From the NCBI GenBank assembly GCA_016288305.1, contig JAEEYW010000033.1, positions 1 through 42,173 on the forward strand: a stretch of 42,173 bases of DNA. Direction: 5' to 3'. The notes below the pieces were generated by a model, which saw only the letters and a list, made by a program, of their open reading frames with translations, ran no database searches and was not told where the DNA came from. The stretch comes from Bacillales bacterium. GTDB lineage: Bacteria > Bacillota_I > Bacilli_A > RF39 > UBA660. Positions 38,037 through 42,173 of this stretch are shown here, piece after piece. Made by a program: the position numbers and the translations under genes. The first letter of the stretch is position 1, and every line of letters begins with the position of its first letter.

Positions 38037-38914
38037 CTCATATTTTTACTTATCATAACTAACTCGTTAGTTAAGTATTTGATTCTTTCAGTAATACGTT
38101 TAGCCTTAACTTTCTCTACCCCATCTTTAGTTATTGATAAATGTGTTTCCAATTCATCAATCGTTAAATTAGAAGTTATAAAAGTAGCTAAATTATTATC
38201 CATACGATATTGTAATATCGGACATAATATCTCATCTCTTGACCATGCTGTTGTGGCTTCGGAACCCAAATCATCAATTAATAATAAAGGTACTTTTTTT
38301 ACATATTCAAATTTTTCTTCATAATCAGTATCAAAAGATGTTTTTAAATCTCTTAAATATTCTGGCCAAAACACAATAGCACTTTTAATATTCTTCTTAG
38401 CTAGTTCATTAAAAGCAGCTACTATAATATATGTTTTACCACACCCAAAATTACCACTTAAATATAATCCTTTAGATGGATTATTAATAAAATCTATCAT
38501 GTAAACAATAGCTTCCTTACGTGACGCTAAACGTTTATCAACTTTGTCCCATGTTATATCATTATATGATGGTGTATTGAAACATTTAACATTTTTAACA
38601 TAAGCATATTCTTTATCATGTTTATTTTTATACTTACATGGCTTATAACAAAATTCAATTTTAGTATTAATAGTCTTAGGTAAATAAGCATAACCTAACA
38701 TTTTATTCTTACAATCATTTAATCCTGGACAAGATAAACAATGATTATATTCATCAAAACTTTCTAGCAAAGAAGTTGTATACTTCATAGCTAAATCATC
38801 AGATACTTTGATTTTATCTAAAAAGTTTTCAAAATCTTTATCTTTCTTAGCTTCATTAAATGAATCTTTTAAAGCTTTATTATCATATTTTAATTCTTTG
38901 CCTATATTTATCAT
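38030..38914 (-). CDS. dnaI: Primosomal helicase loader DnaI
   Basis: N-terminal Cys cluster, KGLYLSGNFGCGKT, LLIDDLGSE, WSRDEIL..ILQYRM, FITSN. Confidence 0.95.
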   Translation of the reverse strand: MINIGKELKYDNKALKDSFNEAKKDKDFENFLDKIKVSDDLAMKYTTSLLESFDEYNHCLSCPGLNDCKNKMLGYAYLPKTINTKIEFCYKPCKYKNKHDKEYAYVKNVKCFNTPSYNDITWDKVDKRLASRKEAIVYMIDFINNPSKGLYLSGNFGCGKTYIIVAAFNELAKKNIKSAIVFWPEYLRDLKTSFDTDYEEKFEYVKKVPLLLIDDLGSEATTAWSRDEILCPILQYRMDNNLATFITSNLTIDELETHLSITKDGVEKVKAKRITERIKYLTNELVMISKNMRN

Positions 38915-40170
38915 TTAATACCACCCTCTAGTTTTTCTATTTCTTCTAAAGATAACAATTCCTCATCTATATTCTTAGAAAACCATTCTGGATCACTTTC
39001 AATAACTTTAGGTTTACTTGTTTTATCATACGTTTTGTTATTTTCAGATATAGCCATATCCATAGCATCACTAACTGTTACTATTTTACTTCTTTTCCAT
39101 TGCGCTGAAGTTTGTTCAATAAACTTTTTAACTAATTTATTATTACATTTCTTTAATGCATAATCAATTAATACATTTACAACACCAGGCGTATGACCTT
39201 GTTCAACTAATAAATATTCAATCAATCTTAGATCGGTATTAGTAGGTTTAGAACCTTGTTTTAAATATAAAAATTCATATGGTTGTGTTGTTTCAAATTG
39301 ATTAATTAATTTACTTCTCTTACTATTGGATACCTCTTTTTGACGTAAGCATAAAGGTTGAGCCTGGTATACAATCTTAGGTACTTCACCTTTATGTTCA
39401 AACTTATAATAATTACGACAATTATCTTTTAACAATTCTTGATTAATTCTTTTATCTTCGATACTGTTAATTATTATTTCACTCATTTGCTCGTTATTTA
39501 AATTATAAACAAACGCTAAACTGTATATTAATTCTCTATCCTTAGTAGTAATATTTTTAACATTTAAAATATCTTCGCTTATTAAGCTTAATACCTCATT
39601 AAAATTAATAGTAGGCTCAAACGATAAACCTAAATGGTTAGCTTTTTTAATATTTTTATTTTCTTCTTTTTCACTTGATATAAAAGAAAATACATCTTTA
39701 AATGAGCAAGAAATATTCTTATACTCTTTTAGATCAATTTTGGGTAAAGTAAATAATTCAATGATTCTTTTATATTCTTTTTTACTTACATTATCATAAA
39801 GAGCTGTGGATAAAACTGTGTTATTAATAAATTCATAACTACTTAGTGGGTTATATATTTCATATACATAACTATTAACCTCACCTTTTTTAACATATGT
39901 CTTAATTAAACCAATAGCTTCAAGTTTTTCCCTTGCTTCTTTGATATCCTCTAAACGCATCTGCATATTATTAACTAAGTCACTATGTGTATTACCTTGT
40001 GAACTGATTCTATTTTTATCCAAATATCCCAATAAAGTTATATATAGATTAACAGCATAAGACCCTATAATAGGTTGATATAAAATAGTTAATACCATTT
40101 GATCTTGTGATGTGAAAACACTCTTATTTATAACAACAAAATTATCTAATGGCAACAATGCATTAACCAT
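38911..40170 (-). CDS. dnaB: Replication initiation/helicase loader DnaB (Bacillota type)
   Basis: LYQPIIG, REKLEAIGL, GVVNVLIDY, C-terminal PEWF; upstream of dnaI; ATG 40170 (SD GGAGG). Confidence 0.9.
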   Translation of the reverse strand: MVNALLPLDNFVVINKSVFTSQDQMVLTILYQPIIGSYAVNLYITLLGYLDKNRISSQGNTHSDLVNNMQMRLEDIKEAREKLEAIGLIKTYVKKGEVNSYVYEIYNPLSSYEFINNTVLSTALYDNVSKKEYKRIIELFTLPKIDLKEYKNISCSFKDVFSFISSEKEENKNIKKANHLGLSFEPTINFNEVLSLISEDILNVKNITTKDRELIYSLAFVYNLNNEQMSEIIINSIEDKRINQELLKDNCRNYYKFEHKGEVPKIVYQAQPLCLRQKEVSNSKRSKLINQFETTQPYEFLYLKQGSKPTNTDLRLIEYLLVEQGHTPGVVNVLIDYALKKCNNKLVKKFIEQTSAQWKRSKIVTVSDAMDMAISENNKTYDKTSKPKVIESDPEWFSKNIDEELLSLEEIEKLEGGIK

Positions 40171-40243
40171 AATATCAACCTCCACTTCCATTAAATATAA
40201 TAACATATTTTTTAAATAAAACAAAGACTTTTATACCTAAAAT

Positions 40244-40274
40244 AAAAATGTAAAGTTTACTATACTTTACATTT
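40244..40274 (-). terminator. Terminator after ylxM
   Basis: AAATGTAAAGT-N7-ACTTTACATTT. Confidence 0.75.
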
Positions 40275-40563
40275 ATACTAACATCAATATCTCTTCTTTT
40301 ATCTTGTCGTCTAGATCAACAATTATTTTTTCAATTTTATTTCTCTTTTCCATTAACTTAAGTTTTTCCTCATAGAATACTAACTTATCCAATGCTTCTC
40401 TTAAAGCTTTATGTACCGCGTTACGACTTATACCATTATTTTCACTTATTTCACTTAACGTTAAATTGTCAAAATAATAATCTTGAAAGTATTCTATTTG
40501 TTTGTCTGTTAATAAATCACCATAATAATCAAACAAAGTTATTAAATATAATCTATCTTCCAT
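40273..40563 (-). CDS. ylxM: YlxM (UPF0122) SRP-associated HTH protein
   Basis: LFDYYGDLLTDKQ, YYFDNLTLSEISE, ISRNAVH, YEEKL. Confidence 0.93.
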   Translation of the reverse strand: MEDRLYLITLFDYYGDLLTDKQIEYFQDYYFDNLTLSEISENNGISRNAVHKALREALDKLVFYEEKLKLMEKRNKIEKIIVDLDDKIKEEILMLV

Positions 40564-40820
40564 TAAGCAAATAAGGAAGTAGCTATAATGACAATACCTA
40601 AACCTAAATAGATATATGTCATATATTTTCTTTTATAAACAGTTTGATTATTATAAGCTATAACAAACATTAACACACCAATAATAATTTGGCATACCAT
40701 ATATAATTCTTTACTAAATAAACTAGCTACACCAAAAGATAACAAGAAAATAGATAACGCTATTTGTAAAAGCATTGTTATTTGATGTATAACATCCATT
40801 TCAATTTTTCTATTCTTCAT
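40563..40820 (-). CDS. Small membrane protein (3 TM)
   Basis: ATG 40820 after SD GGAGGAG inside the ftsY end; three hydrophobic segments. Confidence 0.7.
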   Translation of the reverse strand: MKNRKIEMDVIHQITMLLQIALSIFLLSFGVASLFSKELYMVCQIIIGVLMFVIAYNNQTVYKRKYMTYIYLGLGIVIIATSLFA

Positions 40821-41781
40821 TTTCTCCTCCAAATAATCCATAAATATATTTTTCAATATCGAAGACTCTTAAATCTTCTTCTTTTTCACCTAAACCAACA
40901 AATTTAACTGGTATATCAGTATTTTCCTTAATAGCCAGAACAATACCACCTTTAGCTGTTCCATCTAATTTAGTTAACACAATACCTGTTATATTGGTGA
41001 TTTCTTTAAATTGTTTAGCTTGAACAATTCCATTCTGCCCTGTTGTAGCATCGATAACCAATAAAGTTTCATGAGGCGCTGAAGGAATGATTTTACCAAT
41101 AACTTTGTTAATTTTATCTAATTCATTCATTAAATTAACTTTATTTTGTAACCTGCCAGCTGTATCAATAAGTACGACATCATAGTTCTCATCTTTAGCT
41201 TTATTTAAACCGTCATATATAACTGAAGCAGCATCCTTAGAATCACTGTACACAACATCACAAGATGTTTTTTTACCCCACTCTTGAAGTTGTGGTATAG
41301 CACCAGCTCTAAAAGTATCACCTGCTACAAGTAGTACTTTTTTACCTTCCTTATTTAACTTGTAAGCTATCTTACCAATACTTGTTGTTTTACCAACACC
41401 ATTGACACCTACAAATAAGATAACCGTAGGTCCTTCTTTACTATAATTGATTTTATTAACAATAATTTGATTATTAACATATATAATAAACATTTCATCA
41501 ATAATAATATCCATTAAATCTTTAGAATCAGCAATATTTTCATGTTTAACTCTATATTTTAATTTATCAATAAAACTCATAACAGTATTAACACCTATAT
41601 CAGCCATGATAAATATTTCTTCTAATTCTTCAAAATATTCATCACTTACTTTTTTATATTTACCATTAAGTAAACTTATTTTATTAACAAATTCCTTACT
41701 TGTTTTTTCTAAACCAACTTGATATGCATCTAATTCTTTATCTTTCTTAAATACATTTTTAAACTTATCAAAAAATGACAT
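40810..41781 (-). CDS. ftsY: SRP receptor FtsY
   Basis: GVNGVGKTTSIGK, DTFRAGA, DTAGRLQ, DATTGQNG, TKLDGTAKGG. Confidence 0.97.
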   Translation of the reverse strand: MSFFDKFKNVFKKDKELDAYQVGLEKTSKEFVNKISLLNGKYKKVSDEYFEELEEIFIMADIGVNTVMSFIDKLKYRVKHENIADSKDLMDIIIDEMFIIYVNNQIIVNKINYSKEGPTVILFVGVNGVGKTTSIGKIAYKLNKEGKKVLLVAGDTFRAGAIPQLQEWGKKTSCDVVYSDSKDAASVIYDGLNKAKDENYDVVLIDTAGRLQNKVNLMNELDKINKVIGKIIPSAPHETLLVIDATTGQNGIVQAKQFKEITNITGIVLTKLDGTAKGGIVLAIKENTDIPVKFVGLGEKEEDLRVFDIEKYIYGLFGGENEE

Positions 41782-41783
41782 TT

Positions 41784-42122
41784 TTACCTCCCAAGATGTA
41801 CATTATATACTTCACATGGTATATTTTTACCCTTAACATAATTAGCAGCTTTCATTCTTAAGTCTTTATTTATATCGATACTATTTAATGTACCAAATAA
41901 TCCATTAAATTGAACACTTGTCTCAAATATAGCATATAAACTATTTAAAACAGCCTCTTTGAAATCAGGTACAACCGCACCTATGTAATGACAAGTTACA
42001 GTACAACCATTATCTCTAAAATCAGCTGTCATAACAACAATGTTTTTGCACATATAATATATTGTAATATTACTATCATCTAAAGATTTACCCATTATAC
42101 TAGCTTTAATTTCAGTATTCAT
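41784..42122 (-). CDS. Hypothetical protein
   Basis: ATG 42122 after SD AGGTGG; stop 2 nt before ftsY. Confidence 0.6.
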   Translation of the reverse strand: MNTEIKASIMGKSLDDSNITIYYMCKNIVVMTADFRDNGCTVTCHYIGAVVPDFKEAVLNSLYAIFETSVQFNGLFGTLNSIDINKDLRMKAANYVKGKNIPCEVYNVHLGR

Positions 42123-42173
42123 ATAACCACCTATATACATTATATCAGACTTTAATTTTTTTTACTACACTAA

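Noticed and set aside
1747-40574. Short ORFs nested in or antisense to real genes (e.g. 1747, 3332, 4482, 8372, 8471, 17537, 18914, 21095, 26867, 28860, 30111, 31723, 32456, 32625, 34959, 35798, 35954, 38079, 40392)
   Set aside because: They overlap well-supported CDSs and show no motifs or convincing SD; typical shadow frames
1-42173. CRISPR array, rRNA, IS element or alternative genetic code
   Set aside because: No spaced repeats, rRNA-like or transposase sequence seen; TGA serves as stop (rsgA, mltG, dnaB)

Overview
Very AT-rich chromosomal segment from a reduced-genome Bacillota member (gene style suggests an RF39-like gut Bacilli lineage; inference only). It uses standard code 11 and is almost entirely minus-strand. 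Housekeeping genes include nfo, frr, rpe-rsgA-prkC-prpC-rlmN, cls, secG, sigK, ymfF/ymfH, sepF-divIVA-ileS, glyQS, hisS-aspS, trmR, mltG, yqgF, ireB, dnaB/dnaI, ylxM and ftsY, plus two tRNAs (Lys-CUU, Thr-CGU). No integrase, transposase, CRISPR or reverse transcriptase was seen. Main observations: (1) all three T-box riboswitches (Ile, Gly, Asp) lack the canonical terminator; the U-tract hairpin instead uses Stem III (Gly, Asp) or the UGGN bulge itself (Ile), and the Gly leader is miniature. (2) Several full-length, promoter-bearing enzyme homologues have lost catalytic residues (Pyk, GH31, iPGM, and a ClpX-like protein placed first in the Asp T-box operon). (3) IleRS2 has the GLHH signature. 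(4) A 67-bp tandem copy of the GH31 3' end differs almost only at synonymous sites. (5) sigK is intact with a sigmaE-type promoter. (6) Two surface proteins have CLec-like tails, one on a degenerate pilin. All motif calls and RNA pairings were made by eye.
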